In this document: positions 22,987 through 35,639 of the stretch, piece by piece
How the letters are laid out: each line of letters starts with the position of its first letter
Position numbering within the stretch: the first letter of the stretch is position 1
Source: Intoshia linei
Taxonomy: Eukaryota > Animalia > Orthonectida
DNA length: 44,256 bases
Direction of reading: 5' to 3'
Assembly (NCBI GenBank): GCA_001642005.1
Contig: LWCA01000175.1
Location: 1-44,256 of the forward strand
The notes under the pieces: model-generated
The model's input: the letters and a program-made list of their open reading frames with translations, nothing else
The model's database searches: none
What the model was told of the DNA's origin: nothing
Position numbers and translations under genes: made by a program

Positions 22987-23541
22987 ACTGGAATAAGTTC
23001 TATCAGAATAATCTTTTTTTTTAATTTCTGGACCGTTAATTAGTTCACATTTTTTGTTTTAATAAAATATTTCAAAAAAAAAATATATGAATACTAAAAT
23101 GCTTTTTTGACCGTGAAGTCGTATCTTATTTGGATTTAAATTTTTTGTGTATATTAACAGGATACAACTGTACCACCTGTAATTTTTTTTAAATTCTGAC
23201 TGTTTTCATTAAAAAAAGAGGGGTAATTTGTGGTTTTGGCCCTGAAGATATAATTTTTTTAAATTTAATTTATAATATGTTTATGATTTTAAAATTCGTA
23301 TCAGCGTATATATTTTTTTTATTCTCCAACTTGTTTGATTTTCAAAAAAATAAGATAATTTGGCTTTTTAACCCGTAAGATGTGAGTTTGGGAGGTTGAA
23401 ATTAAGTTTGCGAACACTCCCGCAAAAATCTGTAATTGAAATGTGGACTTTATAAAATTCTAAGACGGGTAGTTATTTAAATTAAAGTTGAACACACATA
23501 CACACAAAAAAAAATCGCGTAGCATATTGTATAGGTAAGGA
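22987..23541 (-). mobile_element. Non-autonomous Helitron, partial copy (5' end at 23541)
   Basis: A|TCCTTACCTATACAATATGCTACGCG; high similarity to 42460-42958 and 27203-27820. Confidence 0.8.
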
Positions 23542-23544
23542 TAT

Positions 23545-23870
23545 ATATTCAATACAGTTAAGATCGGGAGAATTTGGCGGCTAACACATTATTTTTTCTG
23601 ATTCATAGCCATTGTAAAAAAGATATTCTTTTGTATGACGGGATGCGTGACTTGAGGCATTATCATGCATAAAAATGAAAATTTTAAGAAAGCTTTTTTC
23701 TATTTTTGTTATCCACAAAAAAAAACGCAGTATGTGTCAGACTTAATTTTGACTCCATGTTAATCTAATAATATGTCATAATATATCCATGTTAATATCT
23801 AAATTAAAATATCCAATAATAGTGTCTTTCACAATGCCTGCCCAAATCATTATACTCCCACTTCCTATTA
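23545..23870 (-). pseudogene. Tc1-like DD37E (TRT-type) transposase catalytic fragment
   Basis: GSGSIMIWAGIVKDTIIG, GVKIKSDTYC, FMHDNASSHASRHTKEYLFYNGYESEKIMC*PPNSPDLNCIE: 37 residues between the second D and E; W codon changed to TAG. Confidence 0.8.
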
Positions 23871-23899
23871 AAGTATTAAATTAAATTTTTGAAAAGTAA

Positions 23900-24828
23900 T
23901 CTGTAATAGTTTTCTTTTTTTAGTTCATCAGTTCTCTACTAATTACATCTTTAAGATCATAAAACATTTTTGAAACATCGTCTGTACAAAAATTATTAAT
24001 TCCATTTTTATGTTCATTCAATTTTGTAAAAATACTAAAAAATAATATAATTATAATATAATAAATACTTTATCAAATATAAATAATACAATCTAAATCC
24101 ATATTAACGGAATTTTTGTTTCATACAAAAGGAACTGCTATTTGAACTATACATAACCTTGAATATTTTAAGTTCATCCTTTTTAAAGCAACTAGGATTT
24201 TTGCTTTTTCTTATAACAAGTGGAATTCTGAATTCTCCATAATAGGAGACAAAAAGCATGATAGTTATTCTGGTTTTAATCGATTTTAGTTTTTAAATAA
24301 TAGTCTATGTCAGCATATTTGTGTTCAATATTTACCATTCTTTTTTTAAACCACTGCTGATATGAACATCATTTAATGATAATAATTTATTACTATTTTT
24401 GATAATTCCTCTAGATTGGTTTACAGTGATATTAAATACTATAGCTATCTTATGAGGTCCATAATTTTTATCTCTCGATTAAACCGCTATTTCTGTTTTT
24501 TCTCCAGTGTTAAGTCTTTTGATCTTTTAAATTGTGACATAAATTTTACAATAAAAGTGTGCTTTATTTTTAATGTTTTCGAGATTTTCTAAGGATAATG
24601 TATATGAAAAATAGAACTCGTAATAAATGCTGTGGTTTAAAACGAAGATGTGCTTTATTTTTAACCCTTCAAAATTGTTAAAATTTGAGAATTCATATTT
24701 ACATAGGAAATAGAGTACCCACAAAATAAGAAATTTGTCAATTTAATATTTAATGTTAAAATTAATATTTTTTTCCTTTTAAATCTACCAAAAAAACAAA
24801 AAAGTGTGCTTTAAATCGACAACCACTG
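23900..24828 (-). pseudogene. pogo/Tigger (CENP-B-like) transposon remnant
   Basis: KRSKDLTLEKK...KIAIVFNITVNQSRGIIKN (psq-type HTH), TRITIML, PLVIRKSKNPSCFKK (DDE_1 motif), RLLFIFDK; TA|CAGTGG end at 24828. Confidence 0.65.
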
Positions 24829-25170
24829 TACTTTAAAATTACTTTGTACTAAAACTACATAACAACAAAGTACACCTTTGTTATTTATTTCTTACTTATT
24901 ACCATTGTAAAATTTTAACTCTTTAGCTTGTCATATGACTCTTTAATTTTATTTAAAAGTTTGCCTTTGGCAGAGCTAGGATACTGTTTGTACGAATGAA
25001 AAAAATGGTCAATGTAAAACTTTGACAGTAATTTTAAAAAATTTATAAAATAAACTAAAATTTCTTTGCGGTGATCCGGTTAAAAATCACTGCATTGAAC
25101 TAAAAGAAATAATTATATAGAAATTTTAATAAATTTACATTTATTGAATATCGATAAAAAAATTGGATGA

Positions 25171-28100
25171 TTATTTTTTGAGAGACGAAAATATGACGTG
25201 ACTTTTTCTCTTATTATTGATAAAGTCATCGACATCGGATCGTTTTCGAACAGTCATTCGTTCATTAAACCGTTCTTGTTGAAAAGCTCGCGTAGATTTG
25301 ATGGAAACTGGTAAAATTTTCCATTGATAATTGGATTTGGTTTGAGGATCAATTTTGATTGGTTCTGTAACAATTTCCTCGGTTAATTGCTTATCAACTT
25401 GAATAGAAACATTAGGTGTTGATTCAGTCCATTCCTCTGAAGTATTTTTAACAGATTCAGTAATACTACTCAATTTTGTATCACTAGATCTATACAAAAG
25501 AGTCGAATTTGAATTTTTTAAAATTTCAGCAACCGAAATTGCCTTTTTCCCTCTAAGGCACCCAATTTTTTCATAATTTTTAACAGTTTTAATTTTCTGT
25601 ATATCTGTAACATCAACATCAACTTTTTCCGTATTAATTGAATCAACCTTTTTCAATCCATTTAATCCCAACTTTAAGTCATTTATAGAAATTTCCATTC
25701 TACTGTTTGTATCAGTATCTGTATTTGTTGCAGAAATTTCATTTTGAGAACCAACATTCTTCATTTTAATTTTTTGTTTAATTAAAATATCGTTAGTCAA
25801 AATACTATTTAACGAAGGAATATTGGAATTAGAACTACAAGTTTGATTTGGTGTGGAATGTAGTCGACGTTCCTTCAAATTAGTGGCTTCGTTTTCACTA
25901 AACACGTTACTAGTATTTTGTGAATCGTATGACGTGGATAAATGATTCAAATCCCGGTATTTGGAACTATTTGTAATTTCATTGTTCAACATGGCCCTTC
26001 TTTCATTCATTGGCAAGAGGGACATTTCTATTGTATTTGTTTTTAAATTTATTTCAGATTCATTCACTTTATCTTCTTTATCTTTTTCGTTTTCTTCATT
26101 TACTTCTTTAACGTAAATGTTGACTGTGTCATTTGAATCTACTTTTGCATTAATTTCAATTTCGTGGTCAATTTTTGTAACTGGACAAATATTTTTCAAA
26201 TTATCCTGACATTTGATATCCAAAGATTCAACAATTTTGCTTTCCTCATAAACTTTTACATTTTCCAAATGTATGTCTTCTTTCAAATCTTGGTTTTGGT
26301 TTAGGTCTTGTTCATTATGTAAATTTTTTTCTTGGGAAAATACTTCATCTTCTGGGACAGAAACTTTTGGCAATTCTTCGAGACAGACACTAATTGGTTC
26401 AGTGAGTTGTTTTTCTGTATTAATAGATTCATTTTCTATAGAATTTTCCTCGTTAAAGGTACCAATCCATTTATTCACAAATTCTTTGCAATCGGAAAGT
26501 TCATCTAAAAAGATTGCATAAATACATTATACATGATTGTTATTTAATTTTGCATGTTTTAATCCATACAGGACCCACGTGTGGTCCATTTTATTTTCAA
26601 TTATACATCATTTTGATTTATACCTTAAACATTAAAACTTAAACCTTAATGAAATTTAAACCCTTTAAAAATACATTTATCTGTTGTGCTCTACCGAAAA
26701 ATTAAAAATATTAATGTTACCCAAATAGAAAAACTTGCAATAGCCGATTCCATATATATTTAAGCGGTTATAATCAATTTTAATAAAATGATACCATTAT
26801 CCTGTTTATTTAGACTTTTTTCTTCTTGTACATCACGATAATTGCAATAAGATTCAATTTTTGCATTGACCGAATTAACATCTAAATTTTTTATTAATCT
26901 TATAATTTACCGATATTAATAAAAAAATTAACTTCCTTTTACGATTTAATTAAAAATTTACAAAAATTGAATTTAATACAAGTCTTATGAGGTATTAACT
27001 TATATAATGTAAATAATAACATAAAATTAAAATAAATGTACCGGTTCGAGGAGTAGATGCATTTTCGTTATTTTTAGTTGTATCAGTAGAATTTAATTCA
27101 ACAGTTGCATTAGTGTCTGGTAATTTGGGTATACTCGGAGCAACTACAAAAAAATTAATAATAAAACTAAACCACAACCAAAAATTAAAGTAAATCATCC
27201 TATCCTAACTTATAATATGCTACGCGATTTTTGTTTGTGTGTGTGTGTGTGTCTGTGTGTTACGCTTTATTTAAATAACTACCCGTCTTAGAATTTTTTA
27301 AAGACCACATTTCAATTACATTTTTTTTCGTGACGTATAATAAGATAAATTTCAACCTCCCAATTTCACATCTTACGGATCAAAAACCCCTGTTGTATCT
27401 CTTTTTGAAAATCAAACGAGTTGGAGAAGTTAAAATAATATATACGCTGATGCGGATTTTAAAATCATAAACGTTAGCATAAATTTAAATTTAAAAAAAT
27501 TATATCTTCAGGGCCAAAATCACAAATTACTCTTCGTTTTTTAATAAAAACAGCCCTAGAATTTCAAAATTTACAAGTGGTACAGTTGTATCGTGTTAAT
27601 ACACACAAAAAATTTCAATCCGAATAAGTAACGACTTCACGGTCAAAAAACCATTTCAGTATTCATACATTTTTTTTCCGAAATATTTTATTAAAACAAA
27701 AAATGTGAAATAATTAACAGTCATTTTTTTTTTGAAATATTTTATTAAAACAAAAAATGTGAAATAATTAACGGTCCGGAAAAAAAAATTATTCTGATAG
27801 AGCTTATTTCAGTTGATATAAATACAAAATTCCAACCCCAGAAATCTACGCATTCCCGGTGAAAAATAATTTTTAATATATTATCAACCAATATTTTTCA
27901 AATATTTCGATTAAAATAAAAATTGAAAATGTAAACATTGATCTTACAATTTCGGAAAAAAGTGGAAATTCACTGTATAAATATTTGAAATACAGAGATA
28001 TGGGTTTTAGTCTCATAAATTGATTCCTTCTTCTTTTTTTATGATTGTTACGCAATTCCTCATGTTCAAAAATATTAAAAAACTTTAGAATCAACTTTAG

Positions 28101-31100
28101 TATAACTTTGTTGTTATAATGTTGAGATTTATTTCAATGATGATAACAATGATTGGCCAATCTTACAATTGTTATTAATTCTTAATTATAAAGTGTAATT
28201 CGGAAGAGTTAGCGGTTCTTGTATAAACTACATACCAGTCAAGCTAATAAAATAAAAATTACTATTTTTTTTTTTTTTTAAAATGCATGAGGTAGATTCA
28301 ACTCTAAAAATTGAAGAAGCAGGAATAGGAACTGGAGCAAAGCTAGTTTTTTTTTTGAGGGTAAATACAGATTGACGTTTAGAATTTGAAAATTTTTCAT
28401 TAATGGAGAATCTATTTTCAACAAATCCACTAGTTTGTTCAGAACAATTAGATTTGGAGCTAGTAGTAGTGCCATTACGAGATGGTAAATCATTTTGAAC
28501 TGGAGGTAAAGGTGCCTGTTTTTTGTTGGATAAACTAAAGTGTGGCAATATAGCAATATCTGAGTCAAATTGTTCATTTTCCTTCTTAATATTGTCAATA
28601 TACTCATCATACTCCTTTTTAGATTCTTTTGATAAAGTTTGTGATTTTGATTTTATTGAATTATTCGTCTAAACATTAAAAAATACAATCAAACCACAAT
28701 ACAATACAATAAACTATAAAATAAATTGACTATTAAAATACTTTAAATTTTTTGGTAATGGTGAAAAATTTCATTTTAATTTTTTTTTGGCAAATTTCGT
28801 TGAATTTCAAGTTTTGGCTATGTTGCGGCCAATTGACAGTTAAAATTTTTTTTATATAACAAGCTGGAATAGGATTTTGAATATCTAAAGTTACAATATA
28901 CAGTAATTGAGCTGATTGGAATTGACAATATCCCAGTAAACTATTCATTAATCATTGATAAAACAAATGAACAAAACTGCACGCATAAAATTGATTCAAG
29001 CATGCCAATTTATTAAAGTTATACAAAAAGCAAATGTTTTGTAATTTTAATAACTCAATATAATTTCGGTAAAGTTAATAAGCTGTACAGTTTAGAAACA
29101 TTAAAATTAGTCCATTATAAAATATTTAATACATAATGTGCTTGTCAAATTAAGTACACGAACCAATAACAAAATTTACGTTATTAATAAGTTACCAAAT
29201 TATACAAACGGTAAATGTATTGATTTAATTTCTTGTAAAAATTTTAACTTTTAATGAAAATCTGCGTTGATCCAACAACTTGATTTATGTGAATCGTATT
29301 GAAATTTTAGTAAGTCTATCTATTTAGATTCATATTTACAAAATTTTAAATGTTTACTTTATACTTGTGTACTTTTATTGTACAAAACAGATACACAATT
29401 TATTCAAAATTTAACACTTTCTACATTCTCTGTGGCTTTTCGATTATTACTTTTATTTTAAATTAATTTTTAGCAATGTTATTGACATTATTTGTCCCAC
29501 TTATCACAAATTTTTAAAAATATCAAATTATAAATATAAATCAATATTCTTAAGTTTAGTCGCATTATTATGAATCTTCAACTGGACCTTTAACAAAATC
29601 CAACTACTATTTTACAATGTGTACGCATGAACAGCTTACTGTTTGTTATGTGCAAAGTTCTTCTTTTATAACTCTATGATCATTTATAACAATTATGTAC
29701 AGTTATTCATAACACTGTAACGTCGTAAACAAATTAAATTTACACTTGATTAGCTTAAAATTAACTAAATAAATCTAAAGATTCTGTTAAATAGAACCTT
29801 TACTATAAAATAAAATATGAAGTTTTTATTGTATTTTAAAAGTCAGTATCAATTAATTCTAGTGTAATCCTAGTTCTATGAATATACGCGGATAACGCGA
29901 ATAACCCCGCAAAAAATAATATTTCAACTGATGCATTATTTGCAGGTATTGATAATATAATTACATGTATTTATTTAATGAAATTTTCCAATGCATTGAT
30001 TGACAACCAATTTAATTAGCAAAATTAATAATTTTTAAAAATGAGCTTATTCATAAAAGTACTGAGTTTTGAAACTCAGTAAAAAAATGCAATAACTAAG
30101 CACTCAGTAAAGTCTAAAACTAAACACTCAGTACTTTTTACAAAAGTTAAACACACTACTTTGAACCATTTTTTTTAACACAGTTAATGAGTCTAACTGT
30201 TTTAATTAAAGGTTAAATTTAAATAAAAAATATAAAACCTGAGATATATATTATTTATGTAAATGGAATTGTACTTGAATTTTAAATAAAGAAAGAACGA
30301 GATTAAGTTAAATCAAAATTGCGAAAATTTCAGTTAATATATTGACAAAGTGGTGAAATAATTGTATATTTGGAAAGATTTTAATACACATTAAATACAC
30401 TAAGGTTAATTAATATATATAATTTGATATTTGTAATTTAATGAAAACGAAAAATAAACCAAGTATTTTAAATACAAGGCACCCCTATCAATTATCAATA
30501 GCAACATAGGTTATGTCACAAACGTTACGTACGCGTGATTTGATTATAATATGTGCCGCAGAATATGTATGGTATTTTATGTATTGTGCCGCATTAAAAA
30601 CTATAAAACACTGGAAAGAGTTTAACACAGCGTTCCCAACTTTTGTATCTGCTAGACGGTAAAATGTGGTAACTTAATTAAAGTTTAACAAGATGGTTCT
30701 CAATCTTTGGTGCCTCGCTATTTCTGTAATTTATTCAAAAAATTATTATTTTTGAAATTATTTTTTAATGCTATCTATATTCTTTACAAATAGATAGAAA
30801 ATTTGCAACTGGCTGTTAGGAAAATCTGTGTTAACGATTAGATTATATTACATCATTGTTTAATATTATTAAATATTTATTTAACCTTGCAAATAAAATA
30901 AACAAAAATTTGTGTAACCATCAAAATTTCTGGAACTTAAGCAATTCTAACAAGAATAAATAAATTCATGTAGTCAGACCACTTAATACCGCCACTATAT
31001 TACATTATTTTACTATATGACAGTCATACTCATACATAGGATTGTGGAGAGTTAACAGTAGGGCCATATAATTTTTTTAAAATAGGATAACCTAAACATT

Positions 31101-33832
31101 GTTTAATCGATCGTTCATTGTCTAAAAATGAAAAATAACAGATAGCAATCGTATTGGTCATCATAAGTTTGACATACTTAAGAACTTTCCAACAGTACCT
31201 TATAATGAAGTAAAATATTAGGTCCCTCATGATTGTAGGCCAGGGCAATATGACTCTATCACTTTCTCCACAGTCCTGTTCATACACAATAACCGTGCCT
31301 ATAATCTATTAGCTATAATAGTATACTTTCAATTCATAATTAAATGTAACATTTTTTTTAAATATAGTAACTGAAAATTAAAAATAATGATAATGATTAA
31401 AAAATGAGTTATATAATTTAAAACATGTGTATGTCCATAGTACAATGTACATCTTGGTCTTAGAAAAAACTAGATCAGACGTAATTCATATTAGAAAAAA
31501 ATTTTGTAATGTTGTATTTTGTTGAATAGTGATAATTGTAGAGTCTACATTGAAAAGTCTACCAAGTTGTTTACTAAATCTAATACACTTTAAAGTTAAA
31601 AATATAAATTAAAAAGATAATTTTAATATATTACCCTTTAAATTTTGATTACTTTCTCGAGAAATTTCACAATAAATGATTTGGTAAATATAAATCTTGA
31701 AAATTTTTTTGGTCAGGTAAGCTATGTCAATATATAAAACCTTAGTAAATGATATAAAAACTAAATTTTAAGCAATAAAGCAAGTTATTTTAAATTTAAA
31801 GTTCAATTAGAAATACATTTACAAATTTGAATTGAATTTCAAACATCATTTATCATTCTAATATAGGTTTCCAAGACGAATGTAGTCTTAATCTCATAAT
31901 TTCATTCTCAAAAATTGCATCTTCATGATCAGCATTGTTGACTCAACAATGCAAATTACCATTATATAATTTTATGAATATCACATCAATTGTGCACCTT
32001 TTTACTAATACTAATTACTTTTTTTTTCTATCCTTTACTTATATAATGTGTGTCTGTGTGTAACCATTTATTGAAAAAATTGACAGTCGCATGATTTAAA
32101 AAACCCATTTATAAATAACAGTTTTTATCTATTTTTCAGTTTTAGAATTTCAACCCCTCAGGGTAAAAACCCAATTTCCTCTTTTGTTAAAAAAAAATAA
32201 TTAAAAAATTTAATAAAACATACATTCTGGGACGCATTTTAAAATTGTTAACATTGTCGTTAATCTCAGCCTTAAAAACGCATACCTTTATGGGCAAAAC
32301 CACAAATTACCCTTTATTTTATGATCATAATCACATGAAACATGTCCTAAAATTTTTTTAAACATAAATTCTGGGATAGTTTTTAAAATTAAAACTGGGG
32401 TAGCTGAATTGTTTGTATATAAAGCGAGATGGTATGCAAAAAATTTGATGAAATCCATTCTCACATTATCTATCTTAATTACCTTTAGTATTCAGGAAAA
32501 TAATGCTATTTCGGTTATACTCTTTTATTCTGACATTTGGATTGATTGGTTCAATATTTTCACTACTAGATATAGTGCTTACTGGTGCAAATAGATTGTA
32601 ATGTTGAATATTGACATTTTCTTCTTTACATATTGTTTTTAAAAAAGTTTCAATTTTTTCCCATTCAAATATTCTATAAATTTTTCGTATTCCTTTTTCC
32701 ATATATACTACTATTCGTTTAGTCATCTAAATTAACATTTTAGTATTAATCCCATTTGAAATAATTTAAAATCAAATTAATCTAAATTTTCCAGTTTCCG
32801 TAATCTGTATAAAGAGAGCCGTAACTATAAAATTTGAGATCACCAGAAAATGAAACATGGACTCCAATCAAAAATTTATAGACCTCTAAAAGTCAATAAT
32901 TCAAAAAAAATTGACATAAAGATAATTAAAATATATTATTTTCATGGGGCTTAAAAAAATGTACCTTAATTGAGAAATGAGTTAAAAAAATTGCTAACTG
33001 CAACTGCTCTGCTCTGAATTTTAGATGAGGCAATGTAAATTTTGTATACATTTGTATTTGACATTACTAATTAAATGTATCCAGTTTATTGCTTAATTGG
33101 CTCAATAATTACATAAAAATTTGATGATTTATTATGAATTAATATGATAATTATGTTATATTAAATAATTAACCTTAAAAGGCACAAAAGATTGTTCAGG
33201 ACAACTATTCGATATATTGTTAACTGGAAAAGGTTGAATATTGATAATATTAGAATGAAACGTATCGAGTGGGCTGTCATCGGCTGCGTCAATTTCAAAG
33301 CTTTTTTTTTCAGAATTTTGATAATTGAATTTGACAGAGTAAACTTGATTATTGTTGAGATGATGCTGAGAAATAATCATGTCAACAAATTTGTTAATAG
33401 GCATACTAATAAGCAATAATTAATACACAAAACCCCTAAAATGTAGAAACTACTACTTAACCCTAGATTGACTACAAGATAGAATAGTTCTGTTATCCCA
33501 TAAAAAGTTTTTCTCGAAATGTTTAAAAATTATCAGATTTTTCAATTTCACCATTTAGTACTACATTTAGGTGTAATTTTACGTTTTATCTTTCATGCAA
33601 AAATTGTATATAAACCCTGACAACATTATATCACTTTTAACTCAAACTTAACCCCATGCAACGTTGTACATTGCATCCAGATGTATACCCAATTCGGACC
33701 GTTTGAATACACTATAATTTTCTAATATTTTAATTTCCATTGCATATAAAATATAAAGTTGCATCCAATTAAAATTTACCTTTTATCGATATTTTTGTTG
33801 ATAACTTTGCCACTCGGTAAAGAAATGTTCAT
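25171..33832 (-). CDS. COBL: Cordon-bleu (Cobl)-like actin regulator; exons 33832-33780, 33405-33174, 32726-32483, 28884-28742, 28668-28263 (or -28236), 27143-27042, 26881-26795, 26504-25171
   Basis: GT-AG exons in consistent phases (2,0,1,0,1,1,1). N-terminus MNISLPSGKVINKNIDKSMPINKFVDMIISQHHLN...PFKMTKRIVVYMEKGIRKIYRI...FLKTICKEENVNIQHYNL resembles the Cobl ubiquitin-like domain (VVLPSG..SHAMMDLLVELCLQNHLN..VRLVVNY..ICAK). Followed by basic KKIKMKFF, KRAP-like KKQAPLPP and WH2-like INDLKLGLNGLKKV. True start codon uncertain (exon acceptor at 33848). Confidence 0.72.
27203..28000 (+). mobile_element. Non-autonomous Helitron copy in a Cobl-like intron, with (GT)n microsatellite and internal ~55-bp duplication
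   Basis: A|TCCTAACTTATAATATGCTACGCGATTTTTGTTTGTGTGTGTG; reverse complement of the 42958 copy; duplicated AAATATTTTATTAAAACAAAAAATGTGAAATAATTAAC at 27680-27772. Confidence 0.8.
29820..30130. repeat. Dispersed repeat, inverted copy of 35140-35420
   Basis: Shared TTTTCCAATGCATTGATTGA, AATTAATAATTTTTAAAAAT and GCTTATTC blocks, plus ACTGAGT/ACTCAGT subrepeats. Confidence 0.8.
32031..32340 (+). mobile_element. Diverged Helitron 5' fragment
   Basis: A|TCCTTTACTTATATAATGTGTGTCTGTGTG, plus TTTCAACC and GGGCAAAACCACAAATTACC blocks shared with the family. Confidence 0.55.
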
Positions 33833-35139
33833 AATCGTATGGGTAAGGCTATAAGATTTTTGATATTTCATTTTTTATTTAACCCAAACACGCTAATAAT
33901 ATTGCGCAATTTCAAATTAAACTTTAAATAAGCATTCAGGTTAATTTTGAGATTCTAGGATTGTAAAGCGAATATCGAAATTTCTATATAATAAATTGTA
34001 AATCAACCTAAAATAATATAATTGAATTGGAACAGTTGAATAGTATTGTTAAAGTGCTACATAATGGTTATAAACAAAAAATACCTAGGAAATGTGAAAT
34101 ATTCAATTCAATATGGTACGTCTTTGAATGTAATCTTTGAAGTGTGGCAACGTGAAATATATTATCATGTATTAATCATTTCCGCTATTTTATGTTAATT
34201 ATTATTACATTTTAATTATTTACATGCTAACATGCTGCTATTTTATTTATACAATGTTTTTATTTACAATTTCGGTTTAATTTAATACTACCTAATAGTA
34301 TTATTGTGAGATTATGTTAAATTATCGACATTTCAATAGTCTACATAGTATCTAATTCTTTGTAGACTTTACTTGTGTATTTTTTATCGTATTGTCCAAT
34401 ATTTTGTAACCATATCTTCTTAAATGTATTATTAAATGTATTTTGACAATGAAGTAGTTTCATCAATCATGTGTAAGAAGAGCTAAACCAATGTTAACCG
34501 AAACTAATTGGGGAATTTGTCGAAATTCACTAGATTGATTCCAATTTGTAATACACCTAATATACAATTAAAGTGATCGTAAATACATTGTAACATTAAA
34601 ACCAGTTATGACTCATAAGTTATGAGTCACAATCGCATTTAAAGAGAAATATACTCAATGAATATGACTTATGAGCAAGGGTGATCGATTTGTTGGTACC
34701 AGTAATCCTTTGGTGGTTTTTATAACCAGAAATACAATACCGATAACTTTGATGATACCAGCAATTTTTTTTAGGTGAATGCTTTGTAATAATGAAATTA
34801 CTAATTTGTAAAATGTAAACTGAAATACAATGACACGCTTGTAAGTTTCAAAAATTATTAATGATTACAAGTAAATAGATAATGAAAGTCAATATATACT
34901 GGCTAATTTCTATTTAACAGAATTCCTGGTTAACGGTAAAAAATCCTGATTAACGGACTGAAAATTCAGTTAAATTTTGACTTAAAACGACTAGCATCAT
35001 AATTATATTAAAGCTTTTTCGATTCAAATTAAAAGTTTCAGTTACGTAAAACATTTTCATTTATTCTTGATTAATGATGATAATAATGGTTGATTATTAA
35101 TTTTATGAAATGACCTGCAAATATAAATATATATAAATA

Positions 35140-35420
35140 TAATTTTACTGAGTACTTACTTTTACTGAGTTATTGGATTTTTTTGTACTTAGTTAATTAC
35201 TTAAGAATAAGCTTATTTTTAAAAATTATTAATTTTGCCAATCAGATTGGTTTTTCAATCAATGCATTGGAAAATTGAATTAAATAAATAAATTATCAAT
35301 ATCTGCAACTAGTGCATCAGTTAAAAGATTATTTTATGGAGTGGGGTTATTCAAGTCTATTCGTAGAATTAGGATTATGCCAGAATGAATTGAAAGTAAA
35401 TTTTAAAATACAATAAAGAC
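35140..35420. repeat. Dispersed repeat, inverted copy of 29820-30130
   Basis: See 29820-30130. Confidence 0.8.
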
Positions 35421-35639
35421 TTAATGCCTACAAAAGTAATTTATAACCAATTTTTTGTTAATAACAAATTTAATTATGTACTTTTAATAATAATAATGCA
35501 CTATAACAAATTAAATTTTTAATAACTTTAAAGTATTGAAGAGAAAGATTATCACAGCCAAACTTAAATAATTTATTAATCACATCACAGAACAGTTGCA
35601 ACAAAATTTCAGCAGAGAAAGACAAAATTTTTGTTCTAA

